A stretch of DNA of 64,000 nt, taken from positions 35,135 to 99,134 of the forward strand of contig CBHWDN010000017.1 in NCBI GenBank assembly GCA_966112585.1, written 5' to 3'. The notes under the pieces are model-generated. The model was not told the DNA's origin, searched no databases, and worked only from the letters and a program-made list of their open reading frames with translations. This document shows, piece by piece, positions 17,741 through 27,450 of this stretch (the first letter of the stretch is position 1; each line of letters opens with the position of its first letter). This DNA is from an uncultured Gemmatimonadaceae bacterium (GTDB lineage Bacteria; Gemmatimonadota; Gemmatimonadetes; Gemmatimonadales; Gemmatimonadaceae). The translations under genes were made by a program, and so were the position numbers.

Positions 17741-18496
17741 ATGATCGAAATCGCGTCACTGACCAAGCGATACGGCAGCTTCACGGCCGTTCGCTCGCTC
17801 GACCTCGTCGTGCCCGCCGGTGAGCTCTTTGGCTTCCTCGGCCCCAATGGAGCTGGGAAGACGACCACCATGCGCATGATCGCCGGCATCCTCCAGCCAA
17901 CGGCCGGCTCGATTCGCATTGCGGGGCATGACCTGATCGCCGATCCGCAGAAGGCGAAGCAGGCGCTTGGCTTCATCCCCGACCGCCCGTTCATCTATGA
18001 AAAGTTGACGGGGATCGAGTTCCTGCGCTTCAGCGCGGGGCTGTATGGCGAAACCGGCGACGATGTCGAGCGCCGCAGCACCGAGTTGCTCGCGCTCTTC
18101 GATCTCGATCCGTGGCGTGACGAGTTGGTGGAGAGCTACAGCCACGGCATGCGACAGAAGTTGATCATCGCCAGTGCATTTGTGCATCGCCCGGCGGTGA
18201 TCGTGGTGGACGAACCGATGGTGGGGCTCGATCCGAAATCGGCCAGGATTCTGAAGGATCTGTTCCGCGAGTACACCCGCCGCGGACACACCGTGATGAT
18301 GTCCACGCACACGCTCGAAATCGCCGAAGGGATGTGCGATCGGATTGGCATCATGCAGCGCGGGGAGCTGGTGGCCTGCGGCACGATGGACGAAATCCGT
18401 GCGAGCACGGGCAGCGACGAAGATCTCGAGCAGATCTTCCTGCGACTCACGGGCGATCAGGTGGCGCGCGAATTGGTGGACGTGCTGGATGCCTGA
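17741..18496 (+). CDS. ABC transporter ATP-binding protein
   Basis: GPNGAGKTT, YSHGMRQK, VVDEP, H-loop. Confidence 0.93.
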   Translation: MIEIASLTKRYGSFTAVRSLDLVVPAGELFGFLGPNGAGKTTTMRMIAGILQPTAGSIRIAGHDLIADPQKAKQALGFIPDRPFIYEKLTGIEFLRFSAGLYGETGDDVERRSTELLALFDLDPWRDELVESYSHGMRQKLIIASAFVHRPAVIVVDEPMVGLDPKSARILKDLFREYTRRGHTVMMSTHTLEIAEGMCDRIGIMQRGELVACGTMDEIRASTGSDEDLEQIFLRLTGDQVARELVDVLDA

Positions 18497-20195
18497 GGTG
18501 GAGCGCGAGTATTCGGCCGGTGGGGCGCTGCATCTATTGCGCCCCAAGTGGCGGATGGCGCGCAATCGCACCCGTCGCGCGCCGATGGCCGACAGGCGTC
18601 GCGCGGTGGTGCTGGTGATTGTGGGCGCGGCATTCTGGAGCGGTATCTTCGTACTGGCGCTTCGACTGCTGCGCTATTTCAAGAGCGCCGAAGACATTGG
18701 TGCGCTGCTCGCGGCCAAACTGCTGGCCATGATCCTGCTGTCCTTTGGTTCGATTCTGCTGCTGTCGAACACAATCGCCGCGTTGTCCAATTTCTTTCTG
18801 GCGCGCGACCTCGATCAGTTGGCCGCATCACCCGTTCGTCCGTCAGCGCTCTATCGCGCACGATTGCTCGAAACCCTGATGCATTCGAGCTGGATGGTGG
18901 CGCTGCTGCTGGTGCCTCTGGTTGCCGCCTATGGCGTGGCCTATCGCGGCGGCTGGGGCTTTCTGCCCTTCGCACTCGGCGTGTTCTTTCCGTTCCTGCT
19001 CATTCCCGCAGCGATCGGCGCATCCGTCACGCTTCTGCTCGTGAACGTCTTTCCCGCACGACGCACCCGCGATTTGCTCAGCGTGATCAGCGCGCTTGCG
19101 ATCGCGGGGCTGGTGTTGCTCTTCCGCGCCGCGCGCCCCGAACAGCTCGCGCGCCCGGAAGGGTTCGCGAACTTCATGCAGTTCGTCTCGGCGCTCGATA
19201 CGCCGTCGTCGCCATGGTTACCCAGTGAGTGGGTCGGCCAGGCGATCATGCACTATCTGAGCGGCAAGGCGGCATGGCAGCCGTTGCTGCAGCTGTGGGG
19301 CGTGGCGCTTGGGTTGAGTGCGATTGGACAGCAGCTCTATGTGCGCGGCTGGCGGCGCGCCTATAGCATGGCACAGGAAGGCGCGAGTCAGCGCGGTAGC
19401 GCGCGAGCGGGCCGGCCATGGTTGGACAGGCAATTGGCGTTCCTCGGGCCCTTGCGACGCGAACTGGTGCTCAAGGAGATGCGTGTCTTCGTACGCGACA
19501 GCACGCAGTGGTCGCAGCTCGTGCTGCTGATGGTGTTGCTGGTGGTGTACGTCGCCAACGTGCGCTATCTGCCGCTCAACGGCGACGGCATGACCACACT
19601 GCTCCGCAATCTCATTCCGTTTCTCAATCTCGCGTTGGCGGGATTTGTGCTCGCCTCCATCTCAGCGCGCTTTGTCTTTCCGAGTGTGAGCCTCGAAGGA
19701 CGTGCGCTGTGGCTTCTCAAGTCGAGCCCCCTGCCCGTTCGCGAACTGTTGTGGGCCAAGTTCTGGGTTGGCGCAGTACCGTTGCTCATTCTCGCGCTCA
19801 TTCTGGTGGGGTGCACGAACCTCATGCTTGGCGTTCAACCGTTTGTGCATGTCGTGTCGCTTGCCGCGATCGTGGGATTGGTTTTCCCGCTGGCCGCAAT
19901 CGCGCTGGGCTTTGGCACCTTCTATCCGCGGTTCGATACGGAGAACGCTGCGCAAATTCCAACGTCGTTTGGCGGACTGCTGTTCATGATGACCGCGATC
20001 ACCCTGATTGGCGCGGTGGCGTTCCTCACCGGCCGGCCGGCCGCGCGGTTTGTGGTGGCCGAGCATTTCGGTCGCGATCACTCGGCGTCGACGCTCTTTC
20101 TGCCGTTCGCGGTCGCGCTCAGCCTGTGCATTGCCGGTACGGTGGTGCCGCTCGTGATGGCGAAGCGAAAGCTCGAGGCGCTCGAGCGGGCGTAG
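18489..20195 (+). CDS. ABC-2-type transporter permease (putative)
   Basis: Many TM segments; overlaps the ATPase gene; DLDQLAASP and WLLKSSP motifs. Confidence 0.8.
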   Translation: MPEVEREYSAGGALHLLRPKWRMARNRTRRAPMADRRRAVVLVIVGAAFWSGIFVLALRLLRYFKSAEDIGALLAAKLLAMILLSFGSILLLSNTIAALSNFFLARDLDQLAASPVRPSALYRARLLETLMHSSWMVALLLVPLVAAYGVAYRGGWGFLPFALGVFFPFLLIPAAIGASVTLLLVNVFPARRTRDLLSVISALAIAGLVLLFRAARPEQLARPEGFANFMQFVSALDTPSSPWLPSEWVGQAIMHYLSGKAAWQPLLQLWGVALGLSAIGQQLYVRGWRRAYSMAQEGASQRGSARAGRPWLDRQLAFLGPLRRELVLKEMRVFVRDSTQWSQLVLLMVLLVVYVANVRYLPLNGDGMTTLLRNLIPFLNLALAGFVLASISARFVFPSVSLEGRALWLLKSSPLPVRELLWAKFWVGAVPLLILALILVGCTNLMLGVQPFVHVVSLAAIVGLVFPLAAIALGFGTFYPRFDTENAAQIPTSFGGLLFMMTAITLIGAVAFLTGRPAARFVVAEHFGRDHSASTLFLPFAVALSLCIAGTVVPLVMAKRKLEALERA

Positions 20196-20254
20196 CCTCG
20201 GGGCGCATGAGTGCTGCCGCGGGTTGCGGGTGTGCGCTAGCTTCCGCCGCGATC

Positions 20255-20833
20255 ATGCCGCCACGCTCGAAGTCCACGCTCCCCACGCTCGACCCCACGC
20301 AGGCTGCTGCCTTTCGGCGCAAACTGCACGCCTGGTATCGCCGCCACTCACGCGATCTGCCGTGGCGTCAGACCCGCGATCCGTATCGGATCCTGATTTC
20401 GGAGCTGATGCTTCAGCAGACGCAGGTCTCGCGGGTGCTGGATTTTTATCGGCGCTTTCTCGATCGCTTCCCGGATATCGACACGCTCGCCAAGTCACGT
20501 CCGAAACGCGTGATGGAAGCCTGGGAAGGACTTGGCTACTACGCGCGCGCCCGCAACCTGCACGCTCTCGCGCGACATGTGACAACGACGCGCGATGGTG
20601 TGATCCCAAGCGAGCCGGAACAGCTTCGGGAGTTGCCCGGCATTGGCGCCTACACCGCGGGCGCGGTGGCCAGCTTTGCGTACGAGAAGCGCGCGGCCCT
20701 GGTCGACACCAATGTCGCGCGCGTCTTGCATCGCGTGTTTGCGCCCAAGATTGCTCCGAAGAGCGGACCGGGTCAGAAAGTGCTGTGGAGCTTGGCCGAG
20801 CAGCTGCTGCCGCGCACTCCGCGTGAGGCTTGA
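20255..20833 (+). CDS. mutY: A/G-specific adenine glycosylase, C-terminally truncated (possible pseudogene)
   Basis: RDLPWR, ILISELMLQQTQV, WEGLGYYARARNL, LPGIGAYTA, VDTNVARV; ends before the NQALMELG helix and the 4Fe-4S Cys motif. Confidence 0.85.
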   Translation: MPPRSKSTLPTLDPTQAAAFRRKLHAWYRRHSRDLPWRQTRDPYRILISELMLQQTQVSRVLDFYRRFLDRFPDIDTLAKSRPKRVMEAWEGLGYYARARNLHALARHVTTTRDGVIPSEPEQLRELPGIGAYTAGAVASFAYEKRAALVDTNVARVLHRVFAPKIAPKSGPGQKVLWSLAEQLLPRTPREA

Positions 20834-20844
20834 TCCTTGACGAA

Positions 20845-23800
20845 CTAGCGCGACATGGAAGCGATAGCCCGTTCGATCAGCGAACGCACCGGCGCCGCCT
20901 GTGCTTCGGTGAGCGAGCCACTCCGCACCATTGCGTCGAGTTCGTTGAGCGCGGCCTGCGCCTGATTGATCGCTGGCGTTGCATTGCCCTTGTCGAACGA
21001 CTTGGCGGCGTTGTCGAGCTTTGCGCGGAGCGAGTTGGCGTTGCCGCGGTTCACGCGACCGACACCAGCGAGCGCTTCAGCGGCGGCGCTGGCCGCATTG
21101 AGCGCCTGCACCTCGGAGAGGACCGTGACGGTTGCCGTTCGCGTGTTCGTTCCGGTGTCGTCGTCGGTGACAACCACAGTCACCGTGTACGTACCGGCCG
21201 CACTGTAGAGATGCGAGAGCGCGAAGGTCTTATCGGCGTTGAGCGAAAGCGCTGACACGCCTGAGCCGTCGCCGTAGTTCACGGTGGCCGTCCACGTGTC
21301 GCTTCCCGGATCGGTGAAGCTGCCGTTGCTCGCGTACGTTTCGCCCGCGACCAGCGATGCCCCGCTGAAAGCAAGGACGCTCGGCGCGACGTTGTTCACC
21401 ATCGCTGTGGCGGTCGTGGTGTCGGCGAGACCGAGCGGGTCGGTCACGACGAGACGCACCGTGTAGCTGCCGTTATCGGCGTAGGTGTGCGTGGTGCTCA
21501 CACCCGCGCCGGTGCTGCCGTCGCCGAAACTCCACGCGTACGTGAGCGTCTGACCGGCATCCGGATCGCTCGAGCCGGCGCCACTGATCGACACGCTGCT
21601 GCCTTCGTTGCTGGTGAAGGGGCCGTTGATGGCAGCCTTGGGCGGCTTGGTGCCGCTTTCGAGCGCGGTTTCAAGATCGTCGCGCAACAACGAGAGCACG
21701 TCGTAGCCACTCAGCATCTCCACGGCATCGACCGTCGTCAGATACGTCGGCCACGGCGTGTTACGGATGCCGTTCACGTTGGGCATGATCACCGCCATCA
21801 CCGTCACGCCGCTCAACGACGTGATGTCGGCGAGGCGCGCATTGCGCGGGGCGATGAGGGCCACCTTCCACATCGCGCTCGGGATTGTGATGTTGCCTTC
21901 GTCCTTGAGCGTGCCGAGGCTACCCGACGCGCCGGCAATGATATACACCTCGCGCGATGCCGCGGAGTCGCCAAGGGCGTTTTCGAACTGCGCCCACGGG
22001 CCCTGATTGTTGTCAGCGAACTGCGGAACGATGTTGGCGAAATAGAAGGTGCGCGCGTTGTCGAGCGTGCCCTGCGTACGATCGGCCGAACGCACGAGGT
22101 GACCGCGATCGATGCCCGAGCTGTTCGAAGGCAACCCCTGCTTTGCATTCCACCAGGCACCAGAACCGGTGTAGTCGGCGGTGTTGTACGCCGTCATTCC
22201 CTGCGCGATCAGCTCGGGATCGAACGTGAAGCAATCGCAGCGATCGAGTGAACCACGCTGCGAACCGTCGAGGTTGTAGCTCGCCCAGTTCGGGATGTGG
22301 CGAGTCTTGCTGAACGACGTGGTGTACTCGGCGCGACGAAGGATGATCTCGTCGTTCGTATTGCCGTCGTTCGGGTCACCGAACTCGGTGTTGCCGGCAT
22401 ACGTCGGCGACGCCCACGCCGTGGCGACTGTGGTCGGCAGCGAGTACGTGTTCTCAGTCAGGCCGTCGGACGTCTTCGCGCGGAACGTCGCGGTGCCCGC
22501 GCCGAGTGACGTGATGACGCCGCGGCTGTCGATCGACGCGAGCAATGGCGTGTCCGAGCTCCACACGACCGACTCGGTAGTCGTCGCGCCGTTGCGGCGC
22601 ACAGTCGCAAAGATCTGCGACTGGAAACCCACGGGCAGTGCGATGTCGGCTGGTGCACGACCACTGAACGTGATGGACGGCAGCGAGACGCCGGCCGTGC
22701 GGCCATTGCAGCCGCCAAAGTTGTCCGGCGCCGCGGCCCAGGTGTCAGCCAGCGAACGCTGCAGCGTCGTGCCGATATCGGGGGCCGGTTCTTCCTTCGC
22801 TACGATATCGCGCGACACCATGTCCTTCGCCGGCCCATCGACGGCTGTCATCGATCCTTCGTATGACAGGAACTCAACCACCACGCCGCTGTTGTTCACC
22901 AGCGCGAAGCCATCCGGCTGCGGAGCGGCAGCCGTGCCGCCGTTCTGGAGGCCATTGGTGATATACTGCGCGACGAGCACACCACGCCCGGTGCACTGAT
23001 TCGAGATGATGCCGGACAGGATGCGGGTATCGTACACCGCGTTGTTGCTCCCGTTGTACAACACGATCGACCAACCAGTGAGATCGGTGCCGGCGGGCCC
23101 TTCGATTTCGATCGCTTCACCGACATCGGTGCCACTGTTGTCATAGTGGATTTCGCTGAAGCGAACGTTCGGAAGCGTTGGTGCTTCGACCACATTGAGC
23201 GTCGCAATGGCGCTCACCGTCGGATCGGCAACCGATGTGGCTACGATGTTCGTGGAGCCCGGTGCAGCCGCCGTCGCCTTGCCCGTGGCGTCAACCGTTG
23301 CGGCCGCCGTGTTGCTCGATTGCCAGGTGAACGTCGCTCCCGCAATCGTGGCGCCGTTGGCGTCCTTTCCGGTGGCGGTGAACTGCTGCGTGGCGCCAAC
23401 GATCTGCGAGGCTGAGGTGGGCGACAGCGTGATGGACTTGATCGGGCCAATGGGAACGATGCCGGCGCAGATCACCGCGGTCGTTGCGGAGTTGCGCGGC
23501 GATGGCGCGGCCACGGTGAAGTCGGTGCCGGCAACACCGGTCCACGCGCAACCGTTGTCATTGCGAATGGCACCGGTGGCGTTCGCGGTGATCCCGGCGG
23601 GAGCCCCCCACTGCGCCGCCGCGTCACCGCAGTTCGAGGTACCGTAGGCGACCGCGTCCACAATCTGTGAACCGACGGGACAGGCGGTGGCTTGCAACGT
23701 GGTGGTGTTGACGAGAATGACCTTTCCACCAGCCGCTCCCATCGCGATGCTACCGGTCACACTCGGCGACGTCAGATCGACCGTTCCGCCGGCACCCGCG

Positions 23801-24141
23801 GCTTCCTGAATCAAGAAGTAACCGCCGGCGGGAATCGATCCCGTGAGCGGGGTCGAACTTGTGAACGACGCTCCGCTGGCTGACGTGTATTGAACGCTCC
23901 ACCCCGCGACACTCACAGCCGACGAGCCAGGATTGTGCAGCTCAATGAAGTCGTTCTTGATGGTGGCGCCCGAGTTTCCGCCGCCGCCGTACACCTGGCT
24001 GATCAACACTGTCGGACGATTGGGAAACTGCGACTGAATCAGTCGCGGCCCCGCCGTCACCGGCGAACTGCTCGTGGGGGCATCGGCACACGCCGCGAGC
24101 GCGAAGGCCGCCGTGGCAGCCAGGAACGTCTTGAATCGCAT
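20845..24141 (-). CDS. Secreted/lipoprotein DNA/RNA non-specific endonuclease with lamin-tail, Ig-like and PKD domains
   Basis: Lipobox LAAC; two LTD-like modules (ISQVYGGGG, FSEIHYDN); DRGHL active-site motif with NIVPQ..NNQGPW; PKD motifs (WSFGDG, YGDG). Confidence 0.9.
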   Translation of the reverse strand: MRFKTFLAATAAFALAACADAPTSSSPVTAGPRLIQSQFPNRPTVLISQVYGGGGNSGATIKNDFIELHNPGSSAVSVAGWSVQYTSASGASFTSSTPLTGSIPAGGYFLIQEAAGAGGTVDLTSPSVTGSIAMGAAGGKVILVNTTTLQATACPVGSQIVDAVAYGTSNCGDAAAQWGAPAGITANATGAIRNDNGCAWTGVAGTDFTVAAPSPRNSATTAVICAGIVPIGPIKSITLSPTSASQIVGATQQFTATGKDANGATIAGATFTWQSSNTAAATVDATGKATAAAPGSTNIVATSVADPTVSAIATLNVVEAPTLPNVRFSEIHYDNSGTDVGEAIEIEGPAGTDLTGWSIVLYNGSNNAVYDTRILSGIISNQCTGRGVLVAQYITNGLQNGGTAAAPQPDGFALVNNSGVVVEFLSYEGSMTAVDGPAKDMVSRDIVAKEEPAPDIGTTLQRSLADTWAAAPDNFGGCNGRTAGVSLPSITFSGRAPADIALPVGFQSQIFATVRRNGATTTESVVWSSDTPLLASIDSRGVITSLGAGTATFRAKTSDGLTENTYSLPTTVATAWASPTYAGNTEFGDPNDGNTNDEIILRRAEYTTSFSKTRHIPNWASYNLDGSQRGSLDRCDCFTFDPELIAQGMTAYNTADYTGSGAWWNAKQGLPSNSSGIDRGHLVRSADRTQGTLDNARTFYFANIVPQFADNNQGPWAQFENALGDSAASREVYIIAGASGSLGTLKDEGNITIPSAMWKVALIAPRNARLADITSLSGVTVMAVIMPNVNGIRNTPWPTYLTTVDAVEMLSGYDVLSLLRDDLETALESGTKPPKAAINGPFTSNEGSSVSISGAGSSDPDAGQTLTYAWSFGDGSTGAGVSTTHTYADNGSYTVRLVVTDPLGLADTTTATAMVNNVAPSVLAFSGASLVAGETYASNGSFTDPGSDTWTATVNYGDGSGVSALSLNADKTFALSHLYSAAGTYTVTVVVTDDDTGTNTRTATVTVLSEVQALNAASAAAEALAGVGRVNRGNANSLRAKLDNAAKSFDKGNATPAINQAQAALNELDAMVRSGSLTEAQAAPVRSLIERAIASMSR

Positions 24142-24207
24142 GGAAAGAGCGCAAAAGCCGCGTCGTCCACATCGGCGTGATGTGGCAGGACGGCCATATG
24201 GTATCCA

Positions 24208-24223
24208 CGCGACAGTCGTTCCA
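24208..24223 (-). promoter_or_regulatory. Candidate sigma54 promoter of the nuclease gene
   Basis: Minus strand TGGAACGACTGTCGCG (GG-N10-GC); IHF-like TAAGTCGTTAATT at 24293-24305 upstream. Confidence 0.45.
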
Positions 24224-24369
24224 GAAGATCAAATTTTCAACGGTGACGAGCGCGTGACCATTCGCCCGTCAACAGCGTGTCAAATCACTATGAATTAACG
24301 ACTTACCCGGATCGACCCTGTCGTGAAATGTCGATCATTCAGCGATTTATGTGACGGCGCCCGCAGTGA

Positions 24370-25896
24370 CTATTCCAAATGCGCGACGACCTCATCCGGC
24401 GAGGGAAGCCGCTCTGTCGGCCAAGCCGCAGCGAGTGCGCCAAGCACGGTCAGGAGGGCGCCGAGCCAGAGCAGTTGCACCAGTGGCACAAAGCTGATTC
24501 GCACCGCGGCACTGGTGCGATTGATGGGACCGAGAAATCCCAACGTCACCGTTTCATGCAGCAGCGACTGTGAACCGACGCGTGTCACCGGCTCAAAGAG
24601 CTCGTTGTCGTGCGCGTCGAAGTACTGGCGACGCTGACTATTGAGCAAACCGACACGTCGACCGTCCTGCGTGGCATTGAGTGCCACCGCCATCACCGTG
24701 TACGCCGGCTCCTGATACGACGACAGTCCCTGACTCGTAAAGCGCCACGTCGCGCCGAACGGATCACGCAGATCGGTCGCCTGACCGATATCAAATCCGC
24801 CGGTGGTGTTCGTGCGCCAGTAAGATGCCACTAACGACAGACTCGTGGCGATCACACCCACCAACACCAGCATACCGCCAATACCGGCGCGCGCCTTCGC
24901 GCTGGTCGCGGTGCCTTTGCGCGATGCGCTCCAGCCCATGGCTGCCAGCAGCGATAGTCCAAGCCCCACCATCACCGCAAGAAAAACGGACGGCGCGGCG
25001 TCGACCGCACGAACGCTGGCGGCAATGCCGCTGCGCGCGCGAATCACCGCCGACACGGATAGCAGGAACGTGAACGCGACAAATGCGGCGAGCCACGTTG
25101 GATCGCTCGATCGATCGACTCCACTCACGAGTACGAACAGCAGCGCCGACAGCGCCAACCAGGTCAGTACCGGCGCACTGGCGTACGGCTCCCACGTGAA
25201 GAAGTAGCCGAACCACCCAAGCTGTTGTTGCGCCCACCAGCACCCCACCACTAGCGCCACCGAGCTCACGCACCACGCGACAATCACCCAGCGTTGCACG
25301 ACGCCACGCCACTCGGCGTTTGCACCGTCTCCCGCGTTCGTTCGAAACCATCGCGCGACGGTAAACGCGAACGGCACGGTCACCATCGCGAGCCCCAACC
25401 ACATGAGTGGTGGTTGCCACAACATGCCCTGATGCAACAGCTGGGGATCGAGCCCGCGACCTTCATCCGGCGGCGCGAGTAAACGCGCAAATGGTGCGAG
25501 CGACGCAATCACCACCCCGAGGCCGATCGCGACGACGCCCGACGTGGTGGCGGTGGCCAACCACGTGCTCGCTCGACGCGCATGAATCATCGCCGCCGCG
25601 AGCCCCGTCAGCGCGACCATCGCGATGCACCAGAGCAGCGATCCCGCCGATGCCGCCCAGAGCGCGGTCACCGCGGGCTGCGTGTCGAGCATCGCGCTGG
25701 AGTTGAGCGCGACGTAACGCAGCGAGAAATCGTGCTGCACCAGCGCGCGCACCAACGTCCCAACGCCAGCGCAGACGCCGAGCGTCGCCGCACCATACAG
25801 CACCCACGCAGCGCGATGACGTCGGACACACACCACCGCCGACGCCACCATCATCAACAATGCGAACCAGAGCGCCGTTGCGCCGATTGAACTCAT
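24370..25896 (-). CDS. CcmF/NrfE-like membrane protein lacking the conserved His ligands
   Basis: HDFSLRYVA, ALWAAS.GSLL, GRGLDP.L..GM.W(Q)PP, degenerate WWD (WAQQQLGWFGYFFTWEP), RSGI..SV(R), PLVQLLWLG. Confidence 0.75.
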   Translation of the reverse strand: MSSIGATALWFALLMMVASAVVCVRRHRAAWVLYGAATLGVCAGVGTLVRALVQHDFSLRYVALNSSAMLDTQPAVTALWAASAGSLLWCIAMVALTGLAAAMIHARRASTWLATATTSGVVAIGLGVVIASLAPFARLLAPPDEGRGLDPQLLHQGMLWQPPLMWLGLAMVTVPFAFTVARWFRTNAGDGANAEWRGVVQRWVIVAWCVSSVALVVGCWWAQQQLGWFGYFFTWEPYASAPVLTWLALSALLFVLVSGVDRSSDPTWLAAFVAFTFLLSVSAVIRARSGIAASVRAVDAAPSVFLAVMVGLGLSLLAAMGWSASRKGTATSAKARAGIGGMLVLVGVIATSLSLVASYWRTNTTGGFDIGQATDLRDPFGATWRFTSQGLSSYQEPAYTVMAVALNATQDGRRVGLLNSQRRQYFDAHDNELFEPVTRVGSQSLLHETVTLGFLGPINRTSAAVRISFVPLVQLLWLGALLTVLGALAAAWPTERLPSPDEVVAHLE

Positions 25897-25923
25897 GGGG
25901 GTGTGCTCAATACCACGGGAAGA

Positions 25924-27420
25924 TCACGCCGTGTCGGTGTCACGCGCCCACGAGAGCGCGGCACGGACGGCGCGACGCCATCCGGCGTAGCTCGCCGTTG
26001 CACTCGCGGCGCCATCGGAGGAGGGAGTAAAGCGCGCGAATTTACGGCTGGCCTGAAACTCGGCGCCGCTCGTCCACACGCCCACGGCAAGTCCGGCCAA
26101 ACCGGCCGCGCCGAGTGCCGTGGTTTCCACGAGATCGGGGCGTTCGACCGGCACGCCCAGCACGTCGCTCTGGAACTGCATCAGCCAATCGTTCGACGAG
26201 GCGCCGCCATCGACGCGCAGGCGATCGAAGGCGACGCCGCCATGCGCCTGCATGTCACCCAATACATCGCGCGTGGCGTACGCCATCGCTTCGAGCGCCG
26301 CACGTGCGAGATGCGCGCGCGTGGTGCCACGGGTGAGCCCCACAATGGTACCGCGGGCATTCGGCTCCCAATCGGGCGCGCCAAGTCCAACCAGCGCCGG
26401 CACGAAGTAGACGCCATCGTTTGATGCCACCGATCGCGCGAGCGCTTCCGTTTCACCGCTCGCCTGAATCACACCCAGTCCATCGCGAAGCCATTGCACC
26501 GCCGCACCGGCAATGAAGATCGATGCTTCGAGCGCAAACACCGGCGCGCCCGTCTCGTCGCAGGCGATCGTGGTGAGCAATCCGCCACCCGCCCTGGGGC
26601 GCTGCGCACCGGTGTTGAGCAGCAGGAACGCGCCGGTGCCGTATGTGTTCTTGCCAGCTCCTGGCGACCATCCGCCTTGCCCAAAGAGCGCGGACTGCTG
26701 ATCACCAGCGAGACCCGTGATGGGAATCGTCGCGCCAAGCGTTGCGACCGTGGTGCGCGCGCACTCACCGCTCGATGGCACGATCTGCGGGAGCAACGCG
26801 GCCGGCACGCCGAAGAGTGCGCACAATTCCGGCGACCAGGCGCGCGCATCGAGATCGTACAGCATCGTGCGCGAGGCATTCGTGTGATCGGTGACGTGCG
26901 ACTGGCCGCCCGAGAGATGCCAGATCAACCAGCTGTCGATCGTTCCCGCGGCCAACTCGCCGCGCTCGGCGCGCGCCCGATTGTCACCCTGCCTGAGCAA
27001 CCACTCCAACTTGGTCGCGCTGAAGTACGGATCCGTCACCAGTCCCGTACGCGCCGCGATCATCGGCGCCTGTGGTGCGAGCTCCGCGCAGCGCGCCGCG
27101 GTGCGCCGGTCTTGCCACACGATCGCGTGATGTACCGCGCGACCGGTCGCGCGCTCCCAGAGCACGATCGTTTCGCGTTGGTTCGTGATACCAATCGCCG
27201 CCGGCATTTCGCCGCCGTGCTGCTTCGCGTGCGCCATCGCTTCGCGCGCGGCGTCCAGGGTGCGCTCGAGAATCTCGTGCGCATTGTGCTCGACCCAACC
27301 CGGCTGCGGATAGTGCTGCGTGATTTCCCGATACGCGCGTCCAATCACGGCACCGTCGCGGGCAATCACGAGGCAAGTCGTTCCGGTCGTTCCCTGATCG
27401 ATGGCGAGTACGCACGTCAT
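25924..27420 (-). CDS. glpK: Glycerol kinase
   Basis: AIDQGTTGT, GITNQRET, VWQDRRT, DPYFSATK, GDQQSALFG, KNTYGTG, VDGGAS. Confidence 0.96.
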   Translation of the reverse strand: MTCVLAIDQGTTGTTCLVIARDGAVIGRAYREITQHYPQPGWVEHNAHEILERTLDAAREAMAHAKQHGGEMPAAIGITNQRETIVLWERATGRAVHHAIVWQDRRTAARCAELAPQAPMIAARTGLVTDPYFSATKLEWLLRQGDNRARAERGELAAGTIDSWLIWHLSGGQSHVTDHTNASRTMLYDLDARAWSPELCALFGVPAALLPQIVPSSGECARTTVATLGATIPITGLAGDQQSALFGQGGWSPGAGKNTYGTGAFLLLNTGAQRPRAGGGLLTTIACDETGAPVFALEASIFIAGAAVQWLRDGLGVIQASGETEALARSVASNDGVYFVPALVGLGAPDWEPNARGTIVGLTRGTTRAHLARAALEAMAYATRDVLGDMQAHGGVAFDRLRVDGGASSNDWLMQFQSDVLGVPVERPDLVETTALGAAGLAGLAVGVWTSGAEFQASRKFARFTPSSDGAASATASYAGWRRAVRAALSWARDTDTA

Positions 27421-27450
27421 AAGAGGTTCCGCAAGAAGGTCCGTGATGAA

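Noticed and set aside
20834-20870. MutY continuation after nonsense mutations (..TN*RDME resembling NQALME)
   Set aside because: These bases are the antisense of the nuclease C-terminus; no Cys cluster follows, and no mutY remainder was seen beyond the nuclease gene.
24370-25896. Functional ccmF heme lyase
   Set aside because: Conserved histidines appear substituted and no ccm operon is adjacent.
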